Shown piece by piece: positions 35,433 to 43,874 of a stretch of 64,000 nucleotides of DNA; position 1 is the first letter of the stretch; each line of letters opens with the position of its first letter. Source of the stretch: Candidatus Marinacidobacterium sp. (GTDB taxonomy: Bacteria; Acidobacteriota; Vicinamibacteria; Marinacidobacterales; Marinacidobacteraceae); contig OZ242011.1 in NCBI GenBank assembly GCA_965204755.1, positions 928,001-992,000 on the forward strand, read 5' to 3'. The translations under genes and the position numbers were made by a program. The notes under the pieces were generated by a model. That model was not told the DNA's origin. It was given only the letters and a program-made list of their open reading frames with translations, and ran no database searches.

Positions 35433-35590
35433 CTATACGCCGCCGGCTTCGTCGTCGTCCGGCGGCGGCGCGTGCTCCAGGATGCAGTCCATCAGACCGG
35501 GAATCCCCGGCTCCCAACTCGGCGCCCCCCCCGCGCCCGCCGGACGAAACCGAGATGCTCGAGCGCCTCCGCCGGCGCGAAAGCGGCTCA
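35433..35590 (-). pseudogene. 3' remnant of a fourth ATPase paralog
   Basis: Encodes AEALEHLGFV then, after a frameshift in a G run, PSWEPGIPGLMDCILEHAPPPDDDEAGGV*, matching the paralog B C-terminus; the rest of the gene is absent. Confidence 0.8.
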
Positions 35591-35625
35591 TCGCCGGCGG
35601 CGCCCCTGCGTCCGGTGGCCGGGGG

Positions 35626-35651
35626 TGTAACTTCCGGGCGGCAAAGGCGTA
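35626..35651 (+). promoter_or_regulatory. ECF-type (SigW-like) promoter, probably autoregulatory
   Basis: TGTAAC-N16-CGTA, close to the B. subtilis SigW consensus TGAAAC-N16-CGTA, 7 nt upstream of the ECF sigma GTG. Confidence 0.7.
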
Positions 35652-35658
35652 GGAACGG

Positions 35659-36336
35659 GTGGCCGAGGGGATGAGCGACGCGGAGGCGCGGCGGCTCGTC
35701 CGCCTCTGCCAGGAAGCCGACCGAGTCCGCTCGGCGGCGCCCTCCCCGCCGGCCTCCAACCCCTCCGGAACCACCGAAGACACCGTGCCGAACGCCGACC
35801 CCGCCGAGGACGACGAAACCGACCGCGCCGCGACCGAGGCTTGGGCCCGGCTGTACTCGCACTTCCACCCGCGGATGCTCGGCTTCTGCCGCCGGGTGCT
35901 CCCCGAGCGGGCGGAAGACCTGGCCGCCGAAATCCTCCTGAAGGCCCGGTTCCGGCTCGACCGCTTCGACGCCTCGCGTCCGTTCGCCCCCTGGCTGTTC
36001 AGGATCGGGGCGAATCGCTGCTGGGACGAAACCCGGCGCGTGCGCCGCTTCGAACCGCTGGACGACGAAGGCGTCGAGGCGCTGGTCTCGAATTCGCCCA
36101 CGCCGCTCGACGAACTGGTCACCGCCGAGCGGCGCGAGCGGTTGGGGCGGGCGCTCGACCGCCTGCCGGCGCGCCAGCGGTTCGCGATCACGCTGCGCTA
36201 CGGCGCCGACCTCTCCTACCGGGAGATCGCCGAAACCCTCGGCCTGACCGAAACCAATGTGGGCGTGCTCCTGCTGCGCGGACGCCGCCGCCTGAGGCGG
36301 TTCCTCGAAGAGGAGCCGGCGGAGGAGGAAGCATGA
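35659..36336 (+). CDS. ECF RNA polymerase sigma factor (sigma-70 group 4)
   Basis: Region 2 (AEDLAAEILLKA...FDASRPFAPWLFRIGANRCWD) and region 4 (LDRLPARQRFAITLRY..LSYREIAETLGLTETNVGVLLLRGRRRL); exact start uncertain. Confidence 0.92.
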   Translation: MAEGMSDAEARRLVRLCQEADRVRSAAPSPPASNPSGTTEDTVPNADPAEDDETDRAATEAWARLYSHFHPRMLGFCRRVLPERAEDLAAEILLKARFRLDRFDASRPFAPWLFRIGANRCWDETRRVRRFEPLDDEGVEALVSNSPTPLDELVTAERRERLGRALDRLPARQRFAITLRYGADLSYREIAETLGLTETNVGVLLLRGRRRLRRFLEEEPAEEEA

Positions 36337-38003
36337 GTCCCGAGGAAACCGGCGGCGCCCACCTCTCCGAACTCGACCTGCTCGTGTTCATGGACGGCGA
36401 ACGGAGCGCCGAGGAGTCGCGCGCCGCGCGGGCCCACCTCGGCCGCTGCTTCGAGTGCAACCGGGCCTACGAGGCGCTCCGGCTCGAGAGCGAAGTGATC
36501 CGCTCCGGGGTGGCGCTCGTCCCGGCGGATTCGACCGCCGCCGGCCGCCCGCCGCCGCGCGAACTCGGCTGGGTGGTCGCCGCCGGCGTCGCCCTCTCGC
36601 TCGGGCTCGTCGTCTTCCGGCGGCTCTACGCCGCGGTGAGCGACGCCTCCGCCGGGACGCCGCTCCCGGACGCCCTCCCCTTTCTCTCGAACCTCGGCTA
36701 CACGCTGCTCTCGCTGCTCGACCTTCGGCAGATCGGGACGCAACTCGCCCTCGGAGGCACCCTCGTCATGGTCCTGATCGCCCTCGCCGCGGCATCCGCC
36801 GCCTTCCGCCGCTCCCGGAGCGGCGCCGCCCCGGTGCTGCTGCTCGCGGCGCTCCTTCCCGGACTCTCCTGGTTCTCCGCGCCGGCGGAAGCCATCGAGG
36901 TCCTTCGCGGCGAGAGTTGCGAGGTGGCCGCCGACCGGGTCATCCGCGACGATGTGGTGCTGATGTGCGAGCGCAACGCCACGATCGCCGGGACGATCGA
37001 GGGCGATCTCTACTACCTCACCCAGTCGCTCACGATCACCGGCCGGGTGGACGGCGATGTCATGGGGGTGAGCGAGCGGCTCGAAGTCCGCGGACTGGTG
37101 GACCTGAGCGTGCGCGCGCTGGCCCAGACCGTGGAGATCGGCGGCGCGGTGGGGCGGGGGCTGGCCGCCGCCGGGCAGCGGATCACGGTCGCGGAAGGGG
37201 GGAGCGTCGGCGGGAGCCTCTTCGCCGCGGCGGAGCGGCTCACGGTGTCGGGGCAGGTGGGGCGCGACTTGCGGGCGGCCGCCGCGCGCACCGCGCTCAA
37301 CGCTCCGGTCGGCGGGCGGGTGCGGGTGCTCGGCGAGGAGTTCACGGCCGGCCCGGAGGCGCGGATCGCCGGCTCGGCCCGGTTCTCCGGCCCGAACGCT
37401 CCCGACCGCCACGCCCGGGCGAGCCCGGTGGACTGGAACCGTCCGGCGGAAGACGGACCCGACCCGTGGGGGACCGCGGGCAGCGTCGCCTCGCGCTGGG
37501 CGATGGGGTTCCTGCTCGGCTTGGCGCTGGCGCTGCTGATGCCGGGCGCGCTCGGCGGAATCACGGCGGTCGGGGGACGACCGCTGGTCCCGGTGCTGTT
37601 CGGCGTGCTCCTGTTCGTGGGGATGCCGTTCGCGGCGTTGCTGCTGGTCATCACCTTCGTGGGCCTGCCGCTCGGCGCGCTCACCGCGGCGCTGTGGCTG
37701 TTCCTGCTCTACGCCGCCCGGGTGGCCGCCGCGATGGTGATCGGACAGGCGATCCTGGGGCTCGGCGCGTCCACCGGCGAGCGGCTGCTGCGGCTCGCGC
37801 TCGGGATGCTCGTCCTCGCCGTGGTCTTCGAACTCCCGGTCATCGGATTCATCGCCGGCCTGCTGACGATGTTCCTCGGGCTCGGCTCCTTCGCGGTGTG
37901 GGTCTGGAGGACCCGGCGGGGCGCGGGAACGCCGACCGTTTCCGGGAGCGCCCCGCCGGCGCCGGCCCCCCCGGCCCCGCCGGCGGTCGCCGGCCCGGCC
38001 TGA
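36333..38003 (+). CDS. Zinc-finger (HxxxCxxC) anti-sigma factor with beta-helix/polymer-forming-like repeats and multi-TM C-terminus
   Basis: ATGA overlap with the sigma stop; HLSELDL...AHLGRCFEC ZAS motif; TM helices; repeats TIAGTIEGDL/TITGRVDGDV/EIGGAVGRGL/TVSGQVGRDL; several C-terminal TM segments. Confidence 0.85.
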   Translation: MSPEETGGAHLSELDLLVFMDGERSAEESRAARAHLGRCFECNRAYEALRLESEVIRSGVALVPADSTAAGRPPPRELGWVVAAGVALSLGLVVFRRLYAAVSDASAGTPLPDALPFLSNLGYTLLSLLDLRQIGTQLALGGTLVMVLIALAAASAAFRRSRSGAAPVLLLAALLPGLSWFSAPAEAIEVLRGESCEVAADRVIRDDVVLMCERNATIAGTIEGDLYYLTQSLTITGRVDGDVMGVSERLEVRGLVDLSVRALAQTVEIGGAVGRGLAAAGQRITVAEGGSVGGSLFAAAERLTVSGQVGRDLRAAAARTALNAPVGGRVRVLGEEFTAGPEARIAGSARFSGPNAPDRHARASPVDWNRPAEDGPDPWGTAGSVASRWAMGFLLGLALALLMPGALGGITAVGGRPLVPVLFGVLLFVGMPFAALLLVITFVGLPLGALTAALWLFLLYAARVAAAMVIGQAILGLGASTGERLLRLALGMLVLAVVFELPVIGFIAGLLTMFLGLGSFAVWVWRTRRGAGTPTVSGSAPPAPAPPAPPAVAGPA

Positions 38004-38027
38004 CCGGCCGGTCGGGGAGGCTCGCCC

Positions 38028-38498
38028 ATGGGCTGGATCAGCGACCTCGTCGCCGGCGGCTCGGGAAAGTCCCGCCGGTCGTTCTCGGGGAAAGGCCCCT
38101 TGCCGCCGCCGGGGCCGCGGGAGGTGCAGATCGCCACGGCGGTGCTCCTCATCGAGGTCTCCGCCGCCGACCGCGAGGTGGACCCGCGCGAACGCCGGGC
38201 GATCCTGGACTCGCTCTCGTCGGCGTTCGGGCTCTCGCCGGCGGAAACCGCCGAGATCGTCGAAGTCGCGGACGGCCGTTCGGCGGACTCGATCTCGCTC
38301 TACGAGTTCACCCGGCTGGTGGACCGGGCGTTCACCGGGGAGCAGAAGGCGACGGTGGTCGAGTTGCTGTTCCGGGTCGCCTTCGCCGACGGACGGCTGG
38401 CCGGCGAGGAGGAGCACCTGATCCGGAAGGCCGCCACCCTGCTCCATGTGGAACACCCGGCCTACCTGGCGGCGAAGGCCCGGGCGCGCGCCGGGTAG
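38028..38498 (+). CDS. TerB family (tellurite-resistance-like) protein
   Basis: ATAVLLIEVSAADREVDPRE...SISLYEFTRLV...LFRVAFADGRLAGEEEHLIRKAATLL pattern typical of TerB. Confidence 0.85.
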   Translation: MGWISDLVAGGSGKSRRSFSGKGPLPPPGPREVQIATAVLLIEVSAADREVDPRERRAILDSLSSAFGLSPAETAEIVEVADGRSADSISLYEFTRLVDRAFTGEQKATVVELLFRVAFADGRLAGEEEHLIRKAATLLHVEHPAYLAAKARARAG

Positions 38499-38520
38499 GG
38501 CCGGCCGGAGCGGCGCTCGT

Positions 38521-38534
38521 TGTGCTACATTGTG
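38521..38534 (+). promoter_or_regulatory. Putative TA operon -10/operator
   Basis: AT-richer patch with palindrome TGTgctACA overlapping TACATT just upstream of the antitoxin ATG. Confidence 0.45.
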
Positions 38535-38541
38535 CGTCAAT

Positions 38542-38838
38542 ATGACTCTCCCGCTCCCCTCCACCTCCGCTGTCGGCGTACGGGAACTGCGCCAGAACCT
38601 GAGCGTCTATCTGCGCCGGATCGTCGCCGGGGAACGGTTCGAGGTCACGGACCGGGGAACACCGGTGGCGCTGCTGGTTCCCATCCGCAAGGAGATGACA
38701 CCGCTGGAGCGGTTGATCGCCGAAGGTCGCGTGGCGCAGCCGCCGGTGGGCGACCTGCTGGACCTGCCGCCACCGGAGGGAGAGGTCTCGACGGTCGCGA
38801 GTGATGCGCTTCTCGCGGCGCGCGAAGAGCGGCTGTAA
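38542..38838 (+). CDS. vapB: Phd/YefM (prevent-host-death) family antitoxin, VapB role
   Basis: VGVRELRQNLSVYLRRIVAGERFEVTDRGTPVALLVP signature; directly upstream of a PIN toxin. Confidence 0.9.
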   Translation: MTLPLPSTSAVGVRELRQNLSVYLRRIVAGERFEVTDRGTPVALLVPIRKEMTPLERLIAEGRVAQPPVGDLLDLPPPEGEVSTVASDALLAAREERL

Positions 38839-38844
38839 CCGCCC

Positions 38845-39255
38845 GTGGTTTATCTGGACTCTTCCGCCATCGTCAAACTCATCGTCCCGGAACCGGAGTC
38901 GCCGGCGCTGCACCGCTATCTCGCGGCCGAACCGGAACGCGTGTCGAGCGCGTTGGCGCGAGTCGAAGTCGTAAGGGCCGCGCGGATGCGATCCGCAACC
39001 CGGGAGACTCGGCGTTGCGTCGAGGAGGCGCTCGCCCGGATCGCCTTGGTGGACATTACCCAAGATCTCCTCGCGAGCGCCTCCGTTCTCAAACCGGATG
39101 CCTTGAGAACCCTCGACGCCATCCACTTGGCGACGGCCCGCTCCTTGGCGGGCGTCCGCTCGGTGGTGACCTACGACCGTCGGCTCCGGATGGCTGCGGA
39201 AGGCGCGGGCCTCGTCGTGGACGCTCCGGGGCTGCGCGCCCCGAACACCGACTGA
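38845..39255 (+). CDS. vapC: VapC PIN-domain toxin
   Basis: YLDSSAIVKL..EPES, SSALARVEV, LRTLDAIHLATA, VTYDRRL motifs. Confidence 0.93.
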   Translation: MVYLDSSAIVKLIVPEPESPALHRYLAAEPERVSSALARVEVVRAARMRSATRETRRCVEEALARIALVDITQDLLASASVLKPDALRTLDAIHLATARSLAGVRSVVTYDRRLRMAAEGAGLVVDAPGLRAPNTD

Positions 39256-39366
39256 CGCGCCGGTGCCGGCGCGCCGGCAGGGAGAGCCCGCCCCCTTGCC
39301 CGAAAGTGGGCGGCGGAGCGATGGGCCGCCTGTTCGGCGCGGCCGCCGCCCGGCCGCGCCGCCGGG

Positions 39367-40788
39367 TCAGGACGCTTCGGCGACAGCGGCCGGGCGGATG
39401 GCGGCCTGCATCTCCTCGACGCTGACGAACTTCACGCGGGGGCGGCCGGACGCGGCGCCCCGTTCGACTTCGAGCGCGTCCAGCGCCTTCCAGTCGGCGA
39501 ACGAGAAATAGTCGGGAACCCGCTCGGCGACCAGCCGCCGCGCGGCTTCCGGCGCCGGTCGCTCGGGATTCCAGTGGTTCCCGGCGGCGGCGTCGGCCAG
39601 CAGCGATTCCACGGTTTCGAGGGCGTCCGGCTTGTTCGTGCCGATGACGCCGGTGGGGCCGCGCTTGATCCAGCCGGCGCAGTACTGGCCGCGCCGGCGC
39701 GTCCCGTCCGGGGCGTCGAGCACGCGGCCGTCCTCGTGCGGGATCACTCCCCAGTCGTCGCGGAACGGCACTCCGGGGAGGGCGACCCCCCGGTAACCCA
39801 CGGAACGGAAGACGAGTTCGGCGTCCAGAGTCTCGAAGTCTTCCGTCGCGCGGGGGCGGACCGTTCCCCGCTCGTTCCGGTACAACTCGTTCCGCACGAG
39901 TTTCACCCGCGAAACGCCGCCGTCTTCGCCGGGGAGCAACTCCAGCGGCGAAACCAGGAAGCGCACGAACAGCGTCCGCGGCTTGCCGGAGCGGACCTCG
40001 GCGGCGTACTGCTGCAGGATCTCCACTTTGCGGGGCGCGGCCTTGTCGGCGCCGGAGTCCACCCATTCCCGGCTCACCGGGTCGAGCGCCGCTTCGTCCG
40101 GCAGGACGCGGATGTCCGCGCCTTCGAGTTCGCCGAGTTCGCGGATTTCCGGGTTGCTGAACGCCGCCTGCGCCGGGCCCCGGCGCCCGAGCATGTGGAC
40201 TTCCCGGATGCGGCTCTCGGCGAGTTGCTCCAGCGCGTAGTCGGCGATGTCGGTGGTCTTCAACTCGTCCACCGAACGCGAGAGGACGCGGCAGACATCC
40301 ACGGCCACATTCCCGACGCCGACCACCGCGACCGACTCACGGGAGAGGTCGAACTCGCGGTCGCGGTAGTCCGGGTGGCCGTTGTACCAAGCCACGAACT
40401 CCGTCGCGGCGTGGCTTCTCGGCAGGTCTTCGCCCGGGATGCCCATCGCGCGGTCCACCTGCGCGCCGACCGCCCAGATCACCGCGTGGTAGTGGCGCTC
40501 CACATCGGCGAGGCGGAGGTCGCTCCCGAACTCGACGCCGCCGTAGAACCGGAACCGCTCGTGTTTCGCGGTGCGCTCGTAAGCCCGGGTGACCTGCTTG
40601 ATCTTCTGGTGGTCCGGCGCGACGCCGCCGCGCACCAGCCCGTAGGGCGTCGGCAGCCGGTCGTAGAGGTCCACCGAGACGGTGACTCCTTCCGCCCGGA
40701 AGAGGTGGTCGGCGGCGTAGAAACCGGTCGGCCCGGAACCGAATATGGCGACGCGGAGAGGGTGGTCGGGAGTCCCGGGGCGGCTCAT
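39367..40788 (-). CDS. fprA: Ferredoxin/flavodoxin--NADP+ reductase, FprA/adrenodoxin-reductase type
   Basis: GSGPTG, LPTPYGLVRGGVAPDH, FVAWYNGHPD, GVGNVAVD, GRRGPAQAAF, GWIKRGPTGVIGTNK; TATACT at 40799-40804 upstream. Confidence 0.92.
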   Translation of the reverse strand: MSRPGTPDHPLRVAIFGSGPTGFYAADHLFRAEGVTVSVDLYDRLPTPYGLVRGGVAPDHQKIKQVTRAYERTAKHERFRFYGGVEFGSDLRLADVERHYHAVIWAVGAQVDRAMGIPGEDLPRSHAATEFVAWYNGHPDYRDREFDLSRESVAVVGVGNVAVDVCRVLSRSVDELKTTDIADYALEQLAESRIREVHMLGRRGPAQAAFSNPEIRELGELEGADIRVLPDEAALDPVSREWVDSGADKAAPRKVEILQQYAAEVRSGKPRTLFVRFLVSPLELLPGEDGGVSRVKLVRNELYRNERGTVRPRATEDFETLDAELVFRSVGYRGVALPGVPFRDDWGVIPHEDGRVLDAPDGTRRRGQYCAGWIKRGPTGVIGTNKPDALETVESLLADAAAGNHWNPERPAPEAARRLVAERVPDYFSFADWKALDALEVERGAASGRPRVKFVSVEEMQAAIRPAAVAEAS

Positions 40789-40907
40789 GGCGGCGCGAAG
40801 TATAGGGGCGGGAGGCCGCTGCTTTCGCGCTGTCCGGCGCCCGGTCGGAGCCGCCCGGCGACGGCCGAAACGCCTCGCCGGCGCCCCGGCCGGGGGCGGA
40901 TCCGGAC

Positions 40908-41924
40908 TCAGCGCAGACGGGGGTCGGCGCGGAGCAATTCCAGGGCGCGGCCCACCAGTTGGTGGACGCGCTGCGGGCTGACGCCCAGCGACTCGCCGAT
41001 CTCGGCGAGCCCCATCGGGTCCGCGCCATCGAGCCCGAATCTCCGCGACAGGACCGTCCGGCGCCGCTCGGGGAGGCGGAGGAGCGCCTCGCGCAGGAAC
41101 CCGACGGCCTCCTTCGTCTCGGCGGCTTCGCGGGGATTCGGCGACCGCTCGTCCGCGATGGAGGCGCCGCGGGGCCGAGCGCCGCCCGCCGCCGGTTCGT
41201 CGAGGGACTCGAACTCCGGGACCTGCCGGATCACCGCCCGCAGCAGTTCCACCGGGATGCCGATCAGGGCGGCGTCGTCCTCGAGGACATGCCGGTGGCG
41301 CCGGCCGTCGCAGCAGGTCTCGCCCCGGTAGCGCTGCTCGAGTTCCGCCGCCACGCCGGCCGCGAGGCGGCGGAGCGCGAGGCGCGCCAGCGGGATCTTG
41401 ATCGTCCGCGCCTTCGAGGAGAGCGCCCGGCAGATGTGCGAACGCACGGCGCCCGCGGCGTAGGTGGCGAACCGCGCGCCGTGTCCCGGCTCGAACGCGT
41501 CGAGCGCCTCCATCAGGCCCAGGTTGCCTTCCTGGATGAGGTCGTCGAGCGGCAGCCCGAAGCACGAATACCGCCGGGCGTAGCGTTCGGCGACGCGGAC
41601 GACCAGGCCCAGGTGGCCGAGCAGGAGCCGCTCCCGGTGCCGTTCGAAGGCCCGGACCGCCTCCGGCGGGGGCGGGTCCGCGGCCTCCATGACCCGCTCC
41701 GCCCGCCACATCTCCCGAAGGCGCCGCCGCTCTTCCTCCGCGCTCGGCCGGGGGTGGCTGCGCGCCATCCGCTTGTAGAGGGCGACCCCGTCGAGGCCCC
41801 CGCGACCGAAATCGTCGGACTCGGTCCCCGTCTCCCGGTTCGCCCCGTTTCCCGCCGACTCGACCTCGCTGCTCGCGTGCCGCCGGTCGGCGGTGAGCCC
41901 GGCGGGGCTCTCTCGAATGTCCAT
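40908..41924 (-). CDS. Accessory sigma-70 family factor (RpoD/RpoS/RpoH-like, lacking region 1.1)
   Basis: HLGLVVRVAERY..DDLIQEGNLGLMEALDAFEPGHGARFATYA (region 2), RTIKIP, SLDEP, LPERRRTVLSRRFGL...LAEIGESLGVSPQRVHQL (region 4). Confidence 0.88.
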   Translation of the reverse strand: MDIRESPAGLTADRRHASSEVESAGNGANRETGTESDDFGRGGLDGVALYKRMARSHPRPSAEEERRRLREMWRAERVMEAADPPPPEAVRAFERHRERLLLGHLGLVVRVAERYARRYSCFGLPLDDLIQEGNLGLMEALDAFEPGHGARFATYAAGAVRSHICRALSSKARTIKIPLARLALRRLAAGVAAELEQRYRGETCCDGRRHRHVLEDDAALIGIPVELLRAVIRQVPEFESLDEPAAGGARPRGASIADERSPNPREAAETKEAVGFLREALLRLPERRRTVLSRRFGLDGADPMGLAEIGESLGVSPQRVHQLVGRALELLRADPRLR

Positions 41925-42097
41925 GTCGGCCCTTCGCCGACCGGCCGCGCCCGGCGGCCGCCCGGCTCCGGGAATTCGTGCAATGCGCGTGCCCCTGCCC
42001 CGTTCAGGAGGACGAAGCGCCTTCTCGAACTTTTTTTGCCCGGACCCCTTGAAAATCCCTCGAACCGCGACAAAAGAAGGGGTACCGGGCCACCGCG

Positions 42098-42211
42098 ATG
42101 AACGGAACCCTCCGGACCGACGCCATCTTCTGCTTCGTCTCGGCGCCGGGCGCTCCGTTCTTGGCCGTTCGGGCCTTCCACTTCATCCGAGAAAACTTCT
42201 GCCGGAAGTAA
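42098..42211 (+). CDS. Putative 37-aa small ORF/leader peptide
   Basis: MNGTLRTDAIFCFVSAPGAPFLAVRAFHFIRENFCRK*; a homologous segment with synonymous-type substitutions lies at ~43199-43310. Confidence 0.45.
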   Translation: MNGTLRTDAIFCFVSAPGAPFLAVRAFHFIRENFCRK

Positions 42212-42251
42212 CCGCTTTCGCCAAGGGCATCCCGCCCCGGGGAGACACACC

Positions 42252-42692
42252 ATGAAACACCTCGTCACGCTCGTCATCTTCACGGCCGGCGTGTTCCCCG
42301 GCGCCGCGGACGCCGGGGAGAAGCGCTCCGCCGGCCTGCTCGCCTCCGCGCGCCTCGCCGGAATCGAGGCGTCGCCGCTGGTCTTCAACGAGGCGGTTTC
42401 CCCGAACGCCGCCGTGGAGGGGCGGCGGGTCTCCGGGGCGACCATCCTGCTGGCGACGACGATCGCTTCGGCGGCCCTGGTGACCACGGCTTGGCTGATC
42501 GGCCGCAACTCCGGAAACGCCTGCCAGCCGGACTCCCGGTTCTCGCGGAGCCTCGGACGCTGGACGAGCGTCGTTTCCGGACGGTGGGTGACTCTCGACG
42601 ATGGAACCCGAGTTGTCATTCCCGGCCCGGAGCCACATCCGCCCTTGGGCCCGCCGGGCGTGACCTTCCCCGATCTCTGCGTGGCTCGCTGA
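42252..42692 (+). CDS. Small exported/membrane protein, paralog 1 of 3 (146 aa), unknown function
   Basis: GGAG RBS, signal peptide (AADA), conserved LLxSARxAGxEASPLVF, hydrophobic LATTIASAALVTTAWL, Cys...CVAR tail. Confidence 0.8.
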   Translation: MKHLVTLVIFTAGVFPGAADAGEKRSAGLLASARLAGIEASPLVFNEAVSPNAAVEGRRVSGATILLATTIASAALVTTAWLIGRNSGNACQPDSRFSRSLGRWTSVVSGRWVTLDDGTRVVIPGPEPHPPLGPPGVTFPDLCVAR

Positions 42693-42739
42693 CGGGCCGC
42701 AGTCCGAACCCGCTCCCCGATCGACGCGAGGAACCGACC

Positions 42740-43171
42740 ATGAAGCAACTCCTCTACTCCCTCACGATCTTCGCGACGCTCGCGATTGCGGGCGCCGCCG
42801 GCGCCGATGAGTCACCCGCGACCCGCTTGGTCGAGTCCGCGCGGCAGGCGGGGATGGAAGCGTCCCCGCTGGTCTTCGAACGCGACGCCGGCGCTGACCC
42901 GGACGCCGCGACCGGGGCAAGACTTACCGGCCGCGCCCTGGTGCTGGCTACCGCAATCGCATCCACCGCCGCAGTCGCGGTGGCGTGGCTGCTGCGCGGG
43001 CGGAACGAGTGCGCCTCCATCACCCGCTATCCCGAAAGCGCCGTAACGCTCAGCGGAAACTGGACCTCGACGCCGCCGGAGGTTCGCTGGGAGACTCGAC
43101 CGGACGGGACGCCGTATCCGATCACCGCTCCGCCGCCGCCGACACCGAGGCCGGTCTGCGTGGCGCGTTGA
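42740..43171 (+). CDS. Small exported/membrane protein, paralog 2 of 3 (143 aa)
   Basis: GAGG RBS, MKQLL...GAAGA signal, LVESARQAGMEASPLVF, LVLATAIASTAAVAVAWLL, NEC...CVAR. Confidence 0.82.
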   Translation: MKQLLYSLTIFATLAIAGAAGADESPATRLVESARQAGMEASPLVFERDAGADPDAATGARLTGRALVLATAIASTAAVAVAWLLRGRNECASITRYPESAVTLSGNWTSTPPEVRWETRPDGTPYPITAPPPPTPRPVCVAR

Positions 43172-43298
43172 GGAATCGAAGCCGCTACCGTCGGAGGAGT
43201 GGACTCGACGGGCAGCACCATCGTTCTCGATGCCGCCATTACCTTCTGCCGCTGACGGGCGTTCCGTACTCGGCGGTCCAAGCCTTCCGCCTCGTCCG

Positions 43299-43345
43299 GG
43301 ACGACTGCTCCCGGACGACTGCTCCCGGACGACTGCTCCGGGACG
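43299..43345 (+). repeat. 14-bp tandem repeat (ggacgactgctccc) x3+
   Basis: Directly visible upstream of paralog 3. Confidence 0.9.
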
Positions 43346-43391
43346 CTGCCCTGTTCGAGCGCCACCTCGCCGGACACCCCGGAGACGCCTC

Positions 43392-43874
43392 ATGAAACAT
43401 CTCCCTGCCGCCCTCTTCACGACGGCCGTCGCGCTCTCCGGCGCCGCCGGCGCCGCCGAAGCGGAACCGACTCGCCTTCTCGACGCGGCGCGGCTCGCCG
43501 GAACCGAGGCCTCCGCGCTCGTCTTCGAGCGTGATGCCACGGGGCACGCGGACGACGGTCCGGGGACGCGGATCTCCGGGAAGTCGCTCGTGCTCGCGAC
43601 GGCCATCGCCTCGGCGGCGGCGATCACCGTGGCGTGGCTGCTGAGGCCGCGCAGCGAGTGCGTGGCCGCCCGCGGATCGAGGTACGACTTCGCTCGGGCG
43701 TGGTCGAGGGCCGGGCGATACCGGTCGTGGACACCGGCGCCGACGCCTCCGCCACCGCCGGAACCGGGAACCGCGCCTCCGCCCGTGCCCCCGCCCTTGC
43801 CGCGCATACCTCCGGTTCCGCCGCCGACGCCGGCCCTTCCCCCAATCTGCGTGCCGCGGGGGAGTTATCGGTGA
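43392..43874 (+). CDS. Small exported/membrane protein, paralog 3 of 3 (160 aa), Pro-rich tail
   Basis: GGAG RBS, MKHL...GAAGA signal, LLDAARLAGTEASALVF, LVLATAIASAAAITVAWLL, SEC...CVPR. Confidence 0.82.
   Translation: MKHLPAALFTTAVALSGAAGAAEAEPTRLLDAARLAGTEASALVFERDATGHADDGPGTRISGKSLVLATAIASAAAITVAWLLRPRSECVAARGSRYDFARAWSRAGRYRSWTPAPTPPPPPEPGTAPPPVPPPLPRIPPVPPPTPALPPICVPRGSYR

Noticed and set aside
38500-39270. TA module as marker of a mobile element
   Set aside because: No integrase, transposase or flanking direct repeats seen; appears to be a stand-alone insertion.
40789-41709. 780-aa ORF suggesting an N-terminally extended FprA
   Set aside because: The extension overlaps the sigma gene out of frame; FprA homology begins at ATG 40788, which has its own -10 box.
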